In this document: positions 28,923-37,578 of the stretch, one piece after another
Layout: the number at the start of each line of letters is the position of its first letter
Numbering within the stretch: position 1 is the first letter of the stretch
NCBI GenBank assembly: GCA_947379685.1
Contig: CANCOG010000001.1
Location: 1 to 37,784, forward strand
DNA from: Flavipsychrobacter stenotrophus
GTDB lineage: Bacteria > Bacteroidota > Bacteroidia > Chitinophagales > Chitinophagaceae
Direction of reading: 5' to 3'
Length of the DNA: 37,784 nt
Notes under the pieces: generated by a model
Told to the model about the DNA's origin: nothing
Seen by the model: the letters and a program-made list of their open reading frames with translations, nothing else
Database searches by the model: none
Position numbers and translations under genes: made by a program

Positions 28923-29116
28923 ATTGACAATAAATTCAACAACTATAAAGTATACTTTTTCAAAACGTTGTTGGTGGCTGCATAGCAAAAAACACAATTA
29001 TACTAACTTTATATTTTTTTAGACCATTAACACTGCATTAGAAATAAATCAGACGAATTCCTTTCAATTTCTTAATTGTAATTGTATTTTTGAAAAACAC
29101 AAATAAATTGAATTCT

Positions 29117-30886
29117 ATGAAGAAACTCTACGCTTTGTTACTCGCAACAAGTTTTGCTGCTGTAGCCAACGGGCAAACCTATTGTACACCAGTCTGTTCG
29201 AATCCCTCAGGAGGATGTACTTACGGACCTGTAACAGGCATCAGCATTCCGGGTTCATCCGGCACACTGGTTGACACGTTGGGATGTACAGGGTCTGGAT
29301 ACGAAGATCATCATACACTTACAACAATGACCTGCAGTTTTGCACCGGGTGGTACCTATTCGGCTGCCTTTACCGGTTCAAGCCCTTCTCCAAAGAATTG
29401 CCAAATGTGGATCGATTTTGATAACGACGGTACTTTCGCCTCGTCTGAATCTATTGGCGGCGCCAATTCATGGGGCTATACTGCTTCAATCACATTAACG
29501 ATTCCGTCCGGTGTCTCTGCTGGTTCTTTCCGTATGAGGTTGTGCGAAGAGTATGCAGGCTCAGTACACTACCCTTCCATGAATCCATGTATGGGGGCAT
29601 CTTCTTACATGTTTGCTGATGCAAGGGATTATACAATTTCCATTGCCTCCTCTTCCTCCGGCTGCTCTGGCACGCCTTCCGGTGGCTCAGCAACCGCTAC
29701 AACTACTTACTCCTGTGGCAGCAATGTGAAAACATTAACCGATGCAGGTGCAAGCACCGGATCTGGCATTACTTACCAGTGGGAAGAGTCGTCAGACGGC
29801 GGCACTACCTGGACTAGCATTGCAGGTGCAACAGGAACCACCTGCTCGTTCCCCGAACCAACTGTAAATATGTTGTACAGGCTTGTAGTAACTTGCGCGG
29901 GAAGTAGTACTACTTCTTATTCAAGCACTGCCAGCATTAGCATGGACAGGATTGCAGGCCATATCACATATAGCAGTGCAGCTCCAGATACGACTTCACT
30001 TAAAGTATGGCTGATCTACCACAATACTTCCGCTGGCACATTAACTGCAATTGACTCTGTAGTTACCTGCCTTGATAGCCTTACTCCTTACTACGAGTTC
30101 AACGGAATGGGAGCAGGCAATTATCTGGTTAAAGCTAAGTCGCTGGATGTCACCAGTTCTATTCCTGGCGTAAGTGGTTTTATTCCTACTTATGGCACAT
30201 CAAATTACACCTGGAGTTCAGCAATAACAGTAAATCACTCTGGTCCTTATAATACACAGAACATCAGTATGCTTTGGGGTGTTGTGCCAACAGGTCCTGG
30301 CTTTATTGGCGGGCTGATTTCATCGGGCGCTGGCAAGGGCACGATTGGAGATATTCCCGCAGTTAATATGTTGGTATACCTGCAAAATACAGCTACCAAT
30401 GTGCTGACCCAAACTTACACTGATGCAACGGGAGCATACTCTTTCAATAACATAGCCAACGGCAGCTATATCATTTATCCTGAAAAACTTGGTGATACTA
30501 CAACCCACTCAGCTATTCAGACTTTGACTACTGCAAATGAACATATCACCGGTGTAAACTTTAAAGAACACACCAACCTGCACACCATTACGCCCATTAC
30601 CAGCACAGGCCTGAATAACGTAACCCAAAATATGCATTACGTTATGACAACGCCGAACCCTGCTAGCAACGCCCTGGCTATCAATTGGTATTTGGATGCG
30701 TCTGAGACGGCAGAAGTTGCAATTCTGGACATTACTGGTCGCGAAATAATGCACAATACTATACTGATGAACGAGCAATACGGAAGTGCAAACATCGATT
30801 GCTCTGCTTTTGCTAACGGCGTGTACTTTATCCGAATTAAATCAGCAAGCATTAACTATAGTGCTAAGCAAATGATACAACATTAA
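29117..30886 (+). CDS. T9SS-secreted protein with GEVED-like and Ig-like domains (adhesin-like)
   Basis: Signal peptide MKKLYALL...ANG|Q (ATG 29117), WIDFDNDGTF...RMR...DARDY GEVED-like domain, YQWEES.DGG.TW Ig module, TDATGAYSF SdrD-B-like motif, C-terminal PNPA...DITGR...NGVYFIRI...KQMIQH. Confidence 0.82.
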   Translation: MKKLYALLLATSFAAVANGQTYCTPVCSNPSGGCTYGPVTGISIPGSSGTLVDTLGCTGSGYEDHHTLTTMTCSFAPGGTYSAAFTGSSPSPKNCQMWIDFDNDGTFASSESIGGANSWGYTASITLTIPSGVSAGSFRMRLCEEYAGSVHYPSMNPCMGASSYMFADARDYTISIASSSSGCSGTPSGGSATATTTYSCGSNVKTLTDAGASTGSGITYQWEESSDGGTTWTSIAGATGTTCSFPEPTVNMLYRLVVTCAGSSTTSYSSTASISMDRIAGHITYSSAAPDTTSLKVWLIYHNTSAGTLTAIDSVVTCLDSLTPYYEFNGMGAGNYLVKAKSLDVTSSIPGVSGFIPTYGTSNYTWSSAITVNHSGPYNTQNISMLWGVVPTGPGFIGGLISSGAGKGTIGDIPAVNMLVYLQNTATNVLTQTYTDATGAYSFNNIANGSYIIYPEKLGDTTTHSAIQTLTTANEHITGVNFKEHTNLHTITPITSTGLNNVTQNMHYVMTTPNPASNALAINWYLDASETAEVAILDITGREIMHNTILMNEQYGSANIDCSAFANGVYFIRIKSASINYSAKQMIQH

Positions 30887-30906
30887 GTATAACATTACTG
30901 TTTTTC

Positions 30907-30938
30907 AAAAGAGCTTCCGGACGTCCGGAAGCTCTTTT
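30907..30938. terminator. Bidirectional terminator (perfect 32-bp palindrome)
   Basis: AAAAGAGCTTCCGGAC|GTCCGGAAGCTCTTTT, 20 nt after the stop codon. Confidence 0.85.
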
Positions 30939-31079
30939 ATTTAATATAGCTTGCAGCCTTGACTAATTTGAGCAACGCCCTTCTATAAATGAATCATAGA
31001 ATTTACCATTGTTTCGAAAAAGCTATGCGGTTTTCATGACTATGCTCCTTAAAAAGAAGTACTTCCTGACCATAATCAG

Positions 31080-31087
31080 TATTTTTG
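31080..31087 (+). promoter_or_regulatory. Candidate -7 promoter element of the response regulator
   Basis: TATTTTTG about 100 nt upstream of ATG 31190. Confidence 0.45.
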
Positions 31088-31189
31088 TTGATGCCGGTCA
31101 GATTTCACATGGTGGATCTCCGGTAGTATTGCATTAAGTAATATAATTCAATTATAATTGACATTTTCTTAAAAAACCAAAATAGCCTT

Positions 31190-31597
31190 ATGAACAAGAT
31201 ATGCCTTATTGACGACGACACTATTTGCAACTTTCTTCACGAGCAAATCATCAAGGACTCCGGACTGGCAGAAGGAATAACCGTTTTTGACAAACCGGCG
31301 GTTGCAATACGTCACCTCCGTCAGCTGGCGGAATCCAATCCACAAATGTTTCCGGATGTCATTTTCCTTGATCTCTGCATGCCATTTATGAACGGATGGG
31401 ACTGCCTTGAAGAACTCAAGACGTTTCCTGAAGTATTCAAAACATGCAGGGTATTTATTCTCAGCTCATCTATAGACCCAAACGATCAGGAGAAAGCAAA
31501 TGGCTATAGCATAGTTGCTGGTTTCATTCCAAAACCGTTGAAAGCTGGCATATTGGCGGAAATAATGCCTAATCCAAACCAAAAAATGTGTGCATAA
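31190..31597 (+). CDS. Single-domain response regulator (receiver)
   Basis: LIDDD, IFLDLCMP..NGWD, LSSS and KPL receiver motifs; no output domain. Confidence 0.92.
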   Translation: MNKICLIDDDTICNFLHEQIIKDSGLAEGITVFDKPAVAIRHLRQLAESNPQMFPDVIFLDLCMPFMNGWDCLEELKTFPEVFKTCRVFILSSSIDPNDQEKANGYSIVAGFIPKPLKAGILAEIMPNPNQKMCA

Positions 31598-31818
31598 GAA
31601 ATACCATATTATTATTCTCGAGGTCTGCAAAAAAAACGGGATAACCGCCACGAAACAAGCAAATTAAGCATAATTTAATAAATATGCTTCCTTGAATTAA
31701 ACCAGACGGCAAGAAAATAGTCAAATTGCTCCAAAGGCACTCAATTTTGAAATAGTACCGAAATTCAGAATCAATTCCCGGCTTGACCTTTATCAAATGC
31801 GATCGTCGGATTAGCTGA

Positions 31819-31826
31819 TATTTTTG
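31819..31826 (+). promoter_or_regulatory. -7 promoter element of the thioredoxin-like/kinase operon
   Basis: TATTTTTG 16 nt before ATG 31843. Confidence 0.6.
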
Positions 31827-31842
31827 CCTTAAACATTGCAAC

Positions 31843-32451
31843 ATGGTAAAGGTAAAACATATTAGCTTATTTTTTTGGTTACTATTCCTTTTTACAGGAA
31901 TCGCTGGCCTGTTTTGGTATAACGAATTAAAATTCAATTTACCCACCCCCCTTCCTGCTCAGTATCATCGAGTAAATACCGACACGTACATAGATCTTAA
32001 TTCCAGAGTTCAGGGATACGAAAATAAGCCGGTCTTCCTGCATTTCTTCAACCCTACCTGCCCTTGTTCAAGGTTCAACATGCCTCATTTCAAAGCCCTT
32101 GCACAGCAATATGGCGATCGCCTTTCATTTGCTGTTGTTGTGATCAACGGCAAAAACAAATACACAACGACTGAAATTCAGCAAAAGTTCAACCTGAAAA
32201 TACCTGTATATTTCGACACATCCATAGCAACACTTAGCGGCGTATATTCTACACCTCAGGCTGTTTTACTTGATGCTCACCATAATCTATATTATAGAGG
32301 CAATTACAATAAAAGCCGCTACTGTACTGATAAGCAAACCAATTACGCCCAAATAGCTATTAATGCATTTCTGAACAACGAGCCCAGCCCGGTTAACAGC
32401 GCTTTTGCACTAACTGCCTACGGATGCGAATTACCCATCTGCAAAAAATAA
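31843..32451 (+). CDS. Membrane-anchored thioredoxin-fold protein (DUF6436/AhpC-TSA-like)
   Basis: N-terminal TM helix, LHFFNPTCPCSRF, STPQAVLLD (cis-Pro loop), YYRGNYN..RYC and AYGC. Confidence 0.78.
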   Translation: MVKVKHISLFFWLLFLFTGIAGLFWYNELKFNLPTPLPAQYHRVNTDTYIDLNSRVQGYENKPVFLHFFNPTCPCSRFNMPHFKALAQQYGDRLSFAVVVINGKNKYTTTEIQQKFNLKIPVYFDTSIATLSGVYSTPQAVLLDAHHNLYYRGNYNKSRYCTDKQTNYAQIAINAFLNNEPSPVNSAFALTAYGCELPICKK

Positions 32452-32452
32452 C

Positions 32453-34162
32453 ATGAAAAGTTTAGGCCAACCAAACAACCCCCATATAAGTGCTTTTTTG
32501 ATGCAATCAAAAAAAACATCCGACAAACTGATGGATTACTTTTTGTTTGCTTTTTTTGCAGGCGGGCTACTTCTCGCCTTTTTTTACGAAACATGGAGTA
32601 TAGGGTTTGGTGTTGGTATCTTGTCGCTTACTGCATACTACTCTGTAAAAATCGCCCTACCCGATTCAAATTTATACCAATACGTACTCAGCACAGTATA
32701 TGGCATTTTTATGGCGCAATATATTTACCAGATGCACGGGCTGTTCGAAATGCACTTTATTGCCTTTATTGCCAGTGCCATTTTAATCACATACCAAAAC
32801 TGGAAACTACAAATACCATTGGCCATCATAGTACTTGGCCACCACGTGCTGTTCAACTATCTGCAGTATTCAGGCATAAAGGAAGTGTATTTTACGACTG
32901 GCGGCTTCATGGACCTGCAAACATTCTTAATACATGGGGCCCTGGCAACATCAGTCTTTTTTATCTGTGGTTTATGGGCATACAATTTCAAGAAATATGG
33001 TGAGGCCCATATTAATATGACTTACAAAATGACCCAGCTACAAGAGGAAAAAGTACAACAGGAAAAACTCTTCCTTGCCGAACGACTGCTTTCAGAGGCG
33101 CAAAAGCTGGCGCAGATGGGCAACTGGAACGCCGACCTGATCAATAACGAAATATTCTGGTCAGAAGGCATCAGGCACACATATGGCGTAACAAACGATG
33201 TCAAAGGGAGCCTGGAGGCCTTCCTGGCAATAGTTCACCCCGAAGACAGGGAAATTGTTGAGATAGAAATGCAAAACGTGCTGGATACAGGAGCATTACT
33301 GGAATCTGAATTCAGGATAATAAGACCCGACGGCCAGGTAAGGTGGCTGGCCAGCCAAACATGGGTAAGACTTGATGAAGAACGTAAACCGACCAGGATC
33401 TTCGGTATACAACAGGATATAACTGACCGCAAACATGCCGAACAGGAGAGTCTGGAACTGATGGAAAATCTCCAGCGACAGAACAAGGACCTCCAAATGT
33501 TCGCCTACATGGTGTCGCACAACCTGCGGGCACCCATAGCGAAGATAATGAGTATGGTAGAACTCTTTAAAAAGAAACCTGACCTGCGGGAACAAATGGT
33601 GGACCTCATTGCGAACGAAACCGTTGATCTCGACCAGGTGATCAAGGATATGAATGCCGTTATTTCTTCCAGGCGAATCGACAATAAAGAACAGGTGTTC
33701 GTTTTGTTTGAAACCAAACTGAACATGATAAAACAAGTGCTCGAAAACGACATTAAAGCCAGCGACATAGTCATTACCCATGACTTTAAATTTGCTGAGG
33801 GCCTCACTACAATAAAAAGTTACCTGTATAGCATTATGTACAACCTGCTTTCCAATGCGTTGAAATACCGCAGAACCGAGGTGCAAACACTGATCCATTT
33901 TTCATCGGGCGTCAGAGGTAAGTACATCTTTCTTTCGGTAGCCGATAATGGTTGTGGCATAAACCTCGAAAAAAACGGAGAAAAGCTTTTTGGCCTGTAC
34001 AACCGCTTTCACCCCGAACATACTCAGGGAAGGGGTATAGGACTCAACCTCGTTAAAAACCAGGTGGAATCACTGGGTGGAAAAATTGACGTGGAAAGCA
34101 CACCTGGTGAAGGTACTACCTTTACCGTATGGCTTCCCACTGGGCCGGTAGTTGATGGTTAA
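32453..34162 (+). CDS. Sensor histidine kinase with His-rich 6-TM input domain and PAS domain
   Basis: About six TM helices (QMHGLFEMHF, GHH, IHG), PAS_3 (WS...VHPEDRE...EFRIIRPDG.VRW...DITDRK), H-box SHNLRAP, NLLSNALKY, DNGCG and GIGL. Confidence 0.9.
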   Translation: MKSLGQPNNPHISAFLMQSKKTSDKLMDYFLFAFFAGGLLLAFFYETWSIGFGVGILSLTAYYSVKIALPDSNLYQYVLSTVYGIFMAQYIYQMHGLFEMHFIAFIASAILITYQNWKLQIPLAIIVLGHHVLFNYLQYSGIKEVYFTTGGFMDLQTFLIHGALATSVFFICGLWAYNFKKYGEAHINMTYKMTQLQEEKVQQEKLFLAERLLSEAQKLAQMGNWNADLINNEIFWSEGIRHTYGVTNDVKGSLEAFLAIVHPEDREIVEIEMQNVLDTGALLESEFRIIRPDGQVRWLASQTWVRLDEERKPTRIFGIQQDITDRKHAEQESLELMENLQRQNKDLQMFAYMVSHNLRAPIAKIMSMVELFKKKPDLREQMVDLIANETVDLDQVIKDMNAVISSRRIDNKEQVFVLFETKLNMIKQVLENDIKASDIVITHDFKFAEGLTTIKSYLYSIMYNLLSNALKYRRTEVQTLIHFSSGVRGKYIFLSVADNGCGINLEKNGEKLFGLYNRFHPEHTQGRGIGLNLVKNQVESLGGKIDVESTPGEGTTFTVWLPTGPVVDG

Positions 34163-34261
34163 GGAAATATGCGCAGCACTTTACTTATTTTCTAATCAAT
34201 CTGCATATATTTCCCTATTATTCAGCTATATCTTTTACTTTCGCAGGTAAATTCGGGGTGC

Positions 34262-35104
34262 ATGAATATTCGTAATAATTTTGGTCTGTTATGGATTGGC
34301 GCTTTCTGCCTTTTCTCCTGTAAGGATATGGCCAGGAAAAACCACGGACCCATTAGGCTCGGTGATACTTCCACAATTGTAACCGAAAAAGACCCGCAAA
34401 AATTACAAGACCTTGTCAGGGACCTCAACCCGGTAATTCCTTCTGCTGTTCCGGTTGATACCCCGAAGCCCGTAGCCAAACAAACACCAGCCGATACTGC
34501 AAAAAAAGCAACTGTTACTGCTGCACAACCTGCCGCCCCAGCCCCATTGCCTTCCGGTCCCGGCCTGAAAGCTGAATTTAAAGAACTCACTGTCGTGATA
34601 CCCAACCTGGCCGCAAAACTTTCAGGATCAGGAAACCTGCAAAAAGCAAACGGTGCGGTCTATACCTGGACCAGCGGCAACATTGTCGGCAACGTTTTGC
34701 ACACAACAGGCAACGTTACCAAGGTAGCCCAGCGTTACCAAAGCATTGTAATATTGAAGACCAAGAGCGGCAACCTGCCCCTCGAAGAGCTAAGTGAAAC
34801 AACCCCATGGCAGTTGGTTAATGGTGGCAACAATGCCTACCCTGTTTCCGGCCTCAGAGACAACGAATTGAAATATGCTGACACCGATGCTGGTGACATT
34901 AAAGACGCAATATCCAAATCCTGCAGAACCCGTCACCTGAGCTCAAAGAAAAAGCAGGAATTCCTCAGTGCCCTCGGCAATGCCCGCACAGCCAACCAAC
35001 ATCCCCTGTTTGTCACACTCCGTTCTGTAATGTGGAAGATAGATGGCAAAGACCCCAGTGGCAAAATTTTCTCAAAGCAGATACGGATTGATATACCGTT
35101 GTAG
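34262..35104 (+). CDS. Hypothetical lipoprotein
   Basis: Lipobox FCLFSC, Pro/Ala-rich linker, long clean ORF; TACTTTCG -7-like element upstream. Confidence 0.7.
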   Translation: MNIRNNFGLLWIGAFCLFSCKDMARKNHGPIRLGDTSTIVTEKDPQKLQDLVRDLNPVIPSAVPVDTPKPVAKQTPADTAKKATVTAAQPAAPAPLPSGPGLKAEFKELTVVIPNLAAKLSGSGNLQKANGAVYTWTSGNIVGNVLHTTGNVTKVAQRYQSIVILKTKSGNLPLEELSETTPWQLVNGGNNAYPVSGLRDNELKYADTDAGDIKDAISKSCRTRHLSSKKKQEFLSALGNARTANQHPLFVTLRSVMWKIDGKDPSGKIFSKQIRIDIPL

Positions 35105-35124
35105 GGTGACGCCCCACCTTTTTT
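35103..35124 (+). terminator. Possible weak terminator
   Basis: AGGGTG-ACGCCC-CACCTT followed by a T-run. Confidence 0.35.
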
Positions 35125-35200
35125 CCCACGAAGGTTGAACAACAATTCATTACTCTTTACGCGCTCAGGTTAATTTTGTTGTTTCAAAAACGAGACCATT

Positions 35201-35542
35201 TTGGAGGTTATCAGTGTAGCAACTATACAGCAATTTTTAAAAGAAGGACATTTTGAACTGGAGCCCTCCCAGAGGAGATTATGTTTGCCAATATTGAAGC
35301 GTATAATTGACAAGTTACAAAGAGGAGCCAGGTTCACTGCAATTCACGTAGCAGATGGCAAAATAGTAAATGGGCACCACCGTTACATCAGTTATACTTT
35401 TCTGAAATTACCTATAGAAATTACTAACTGGACCAAAAATCAAGGGCAAGAATCCATAACCTGGGATCAGGTGATAATTGATGAAGCCGATTGGGACACT
35501 CCTGAAGAAATCGAAGATCATGAGCGGACTTCCTTTCCGTAG
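35201..35542 (+). CDS. Small ParB/Sulfiredoxin-like domain protein
   Basis: PSQ...I.V.DG.IVNGHHRY matches the ParB/Srx (D/N)GHHR motif; TTG start; TAATTTTG -7 element at 35171-35178. Confidence 0.65.
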   Translation: MEVISVATIQQFLKEGHFELEPSQRRLCLPILKRIIDKLQRGARFTAIHVADGKIVNGHHRYISYTFLKLPIEITNWTKNQGQESITWDQVIIDEADWDTPEEIEDHERTSFP

Positions 35543-35600
35543 GGTGTGTTAAAGTCTCATATGGCGCGTCCAATATTTAAAAATATCCTAACTTTACGGT

Positions 35601-36065
35601 GTGAAAATCTTGTTGGATATAGATGGTGTAATGGTTCCTGCAACCTCCTGGAAACCTGCAGAAACGCTTGCCGATGGCTTTGCTGCCTTCAGCAGGAATG
35701 CAGTTGTCCACCTGAACAGGATTATTGCTGAAACAGGGGCTTCGATTGTCCTCACTACCTCGCACAAGTCGAGTTTTAGCCTAAGCCAGTGGCTGGAAAT
35801 ATTTAGCGCAAGAGGCATTAATGTTGGGATTGAGCGGCTAGACGACAATGCTGACAACCTAAGCAGGAAAGAAGAAATCCTAAAATGGCTGGGAACCGGA
35901 ACAGAAGAAAGCTTCGTAATAATTGATGATGACAAGTCGTTAAATGGGCTATCCACAACCCTAAAAGAAAGACTTGTATTGACCAGCCCAATGGTTGGAC
36001 TTAATGAATATCATGCGGATGTTGCAATTCATATTCTTTTGAAAGAAACACATGAATTAGTGTAA
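35601..36065 (+). CDS. HAD-superfamily protein (HAD_SAK_2, Swiss-army-knife RNA-repair-like)
   Basis: LLDIDGVM motif I, IVLTTSHK motif II, R..EI..WL and FVIIDDD motif IV; cap-less, 154 aa; GTG start. Confidence 0.8.
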   Translation: MKILLDIDGVMVPATSWKPAETLADGFAAFSRNAVVHLNRIIAETGASIVLTTSHKSSFSLSQWLEIFSARGINVGIERLDDNADNLSRKEEILKWLGTGTEESFVIIDDDKSLNGLSTTLKERLVLTSPMVGLNEYHADVAIHILLKETHELV

Positions 36066-36181
36066 ACAAGTCCTTTTTTATGAACAGGTTACTGAATTAG
36101 ATAGCCTAAATCCATCCATATGACATTCTAAAAACCTACCATAATAGTTGTAGGCCTTTGAATACATTGTAATTTACTCCC

Positions 36182-36628
36182 CTACATCTTCTCCACCCTC
36201 TTCTGATGCCTGCCACCTTCAAAGGCGGTAGCCAGAAAAGTGTTGGCCATTTGCTGGGCGAGCTCCAGGGAAACAAAGCGGGAAGGGAGACAAATGACAT
36301 TGGCATTGTTGTGCTGCCTGGCTAGGGCGGCCAGTTCGTCGGTCCAACAAAGGGCGGCACGTATGCCAGCGTGTTTATTGGCGGTCATGCAAACGCCGTT
36401 ACCACTACCACAAACAAGTATGCCTGCGGCTGCTTTTCCATCTTCCACCATAGTGGCTACGGGGTGCGCATAGTCTGGGTAATCGGTGCTATCCAAACTA
36501 TAAGTTCCCTTGTCTTCTACCTGCCATCCGGCGGCGATAAGTGCTGTCTTGATGGCTTCCTTGTATTCAAAACCGGCGTGGTCCGAACCAATTGCCAGTG
36601 GCAAAGCATGGTTAAATGTAGTCTGCAT
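36182..36628 (-). CDS. rpiB: Ribose-5-phosphate isomerase B
   Basis: GSDHAG, DYPD, CGSGNG..MTANK..GIRAA, ARQHNNAN and FEGGRH.KR motifs. Confidence 0.96.
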   Translation of the reverse strand: MQTTFNHALPLAIGSDHAGFEYKEAIKTALIAAGWQVEDKGTYSLDSTDYPDYAHPVATMVEDGKAAAGILVCGSGNGVCMTANKHAGIRAALCWTDELAALARQHNNANVICLPSRFVSLELAQQMANTFLATAFEGGRHQKRVEKM

Positions 36629-36629
36629 A

Positions 36630-37484
36630 TTAGTCAGTGTTTTGCGATTGCTTTTTCAGTTTTGCTGTAATAGCACGTGCGCTGATGAATACGGATATTT
36701 CAAATAAAAGATACAATGGGAAGAACACCAGCAGGCAGCTGAACAGATCAGGCGGAGTAATGATTTCCGACAGCAAGAACAAGATCAGCACTGCATATTT
36801 ACGCTTGTCGCGCATAAAACCGGGGGTAAGTACACCAATCCGGGAAAGGAAGTACACGATCACCGGCAACTCAAACACAAGGCCAAGACCGAGTATCAGG
36901 TTGCTGATGGTATCGTAATAATTATCTATGGTAATGATATTCTTAAACTTAGGACTCAGTTGGTAGCCGCCAAAGAAGTTAATGGTGTAGGGTGCCAGGA
37001 TAAAATAAGCGAACAGCACTCCCATAAAAAACAACAGGGAACACCAGAAGACAATGCCGCGTGCATACCTTACTTCATCGGGTTTTAGGGCAGGCTTAAT
37101 GAATTTCCATAATTCCCATAAAACATAGGGAAACGACAGTATAAAACCCAGCATCATAGAAACAGACATCCCCATCATGAACTGACCTGTAACAGCAGTA
37201 TTCTGGAATTCCATTTTTATTTCACCCAGGCAAAAAGAATCATAATGAAAGAACCTGCCCAGCGCACAAAACCATTTGTAGGAAACGAAATCGTTATGAG
37301 CTGGCCCCAGAATCACCCGGTCAAATATCCACTCCACCTTGATAAACACCAGTATGGCCATGATTACGATCACGATCACCGAGCGTATAATATGCCAACG
37401 CAGCGCTTCCACGTGGTCGAGGAAACCCATTTCGGCTTCAGGATTGGTCTTTGTTTTATCCAGAATTGTTTTAAATACGCTCAC
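36630..37484 (-). CDS. tatC: Twin-arginine translocase subunit TatC
   Basis: EMGFLDHVEALRW, W.FIKPAL, FELP, ITPPD and LFEIS motifs; GTG start; 1-nt gap to rpiB. Confidence 0.95.
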   Translation of the reverse strand: MSVFKTILDKTKTNPEAEMGFLDHVEALRWHIIRSVIVIVIMAILVFIKVEWIFDRVILGPAHNDFVSYKWFCALGRFFHYDSFCLGEIKMEFQNTAVTGQFMMGMSVSMMLGFILSFPYVLWELWKFIKPALKPDEVRYARGIVFWCSLLFFMGVLFAYFILAPYTINFFGGYQLSPKFKNIITIDNYYDTISNLILGLGLVFELPVIVYFLSRIGVLTPGFMRDKRKYAVLILFLLSEIITPPDLFSCLLVFFPLYLLFEISVFISARAITAKLKKQSQNTD

Positions 37485-37503
37485 ACTGTTATATTACGGG
37501 GTG

Positions 37504-37511
37504 CAAAGGTA
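37504..37511 (-). promoter_or_regulatory. -7 promoter element of tatC-rpiB
   Basis: TACCTTTG 19 nt upstream of the GTG. Confidence 0.65.
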
Positions 37512-37578
37512 GGGTAATTGAAGTTATAGCCGTATGCAGGTGAATTATAAAATATGACTAAAAGCGCAATGCCTTAGA

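Noticed and set aside
30907-30938. 32-bp perfect palindrome as a mobile-element end
   Set aside because: Its position after a stop codon and its A/T tails fully fit a bidirectional terminator; no transposase or second copy.
36630-37484. Functional clustering of tatC with the Tat substrate ActB
   Set aside because: They are about 29 kb apart with unrelated genes between; proximity is likely coincidental.
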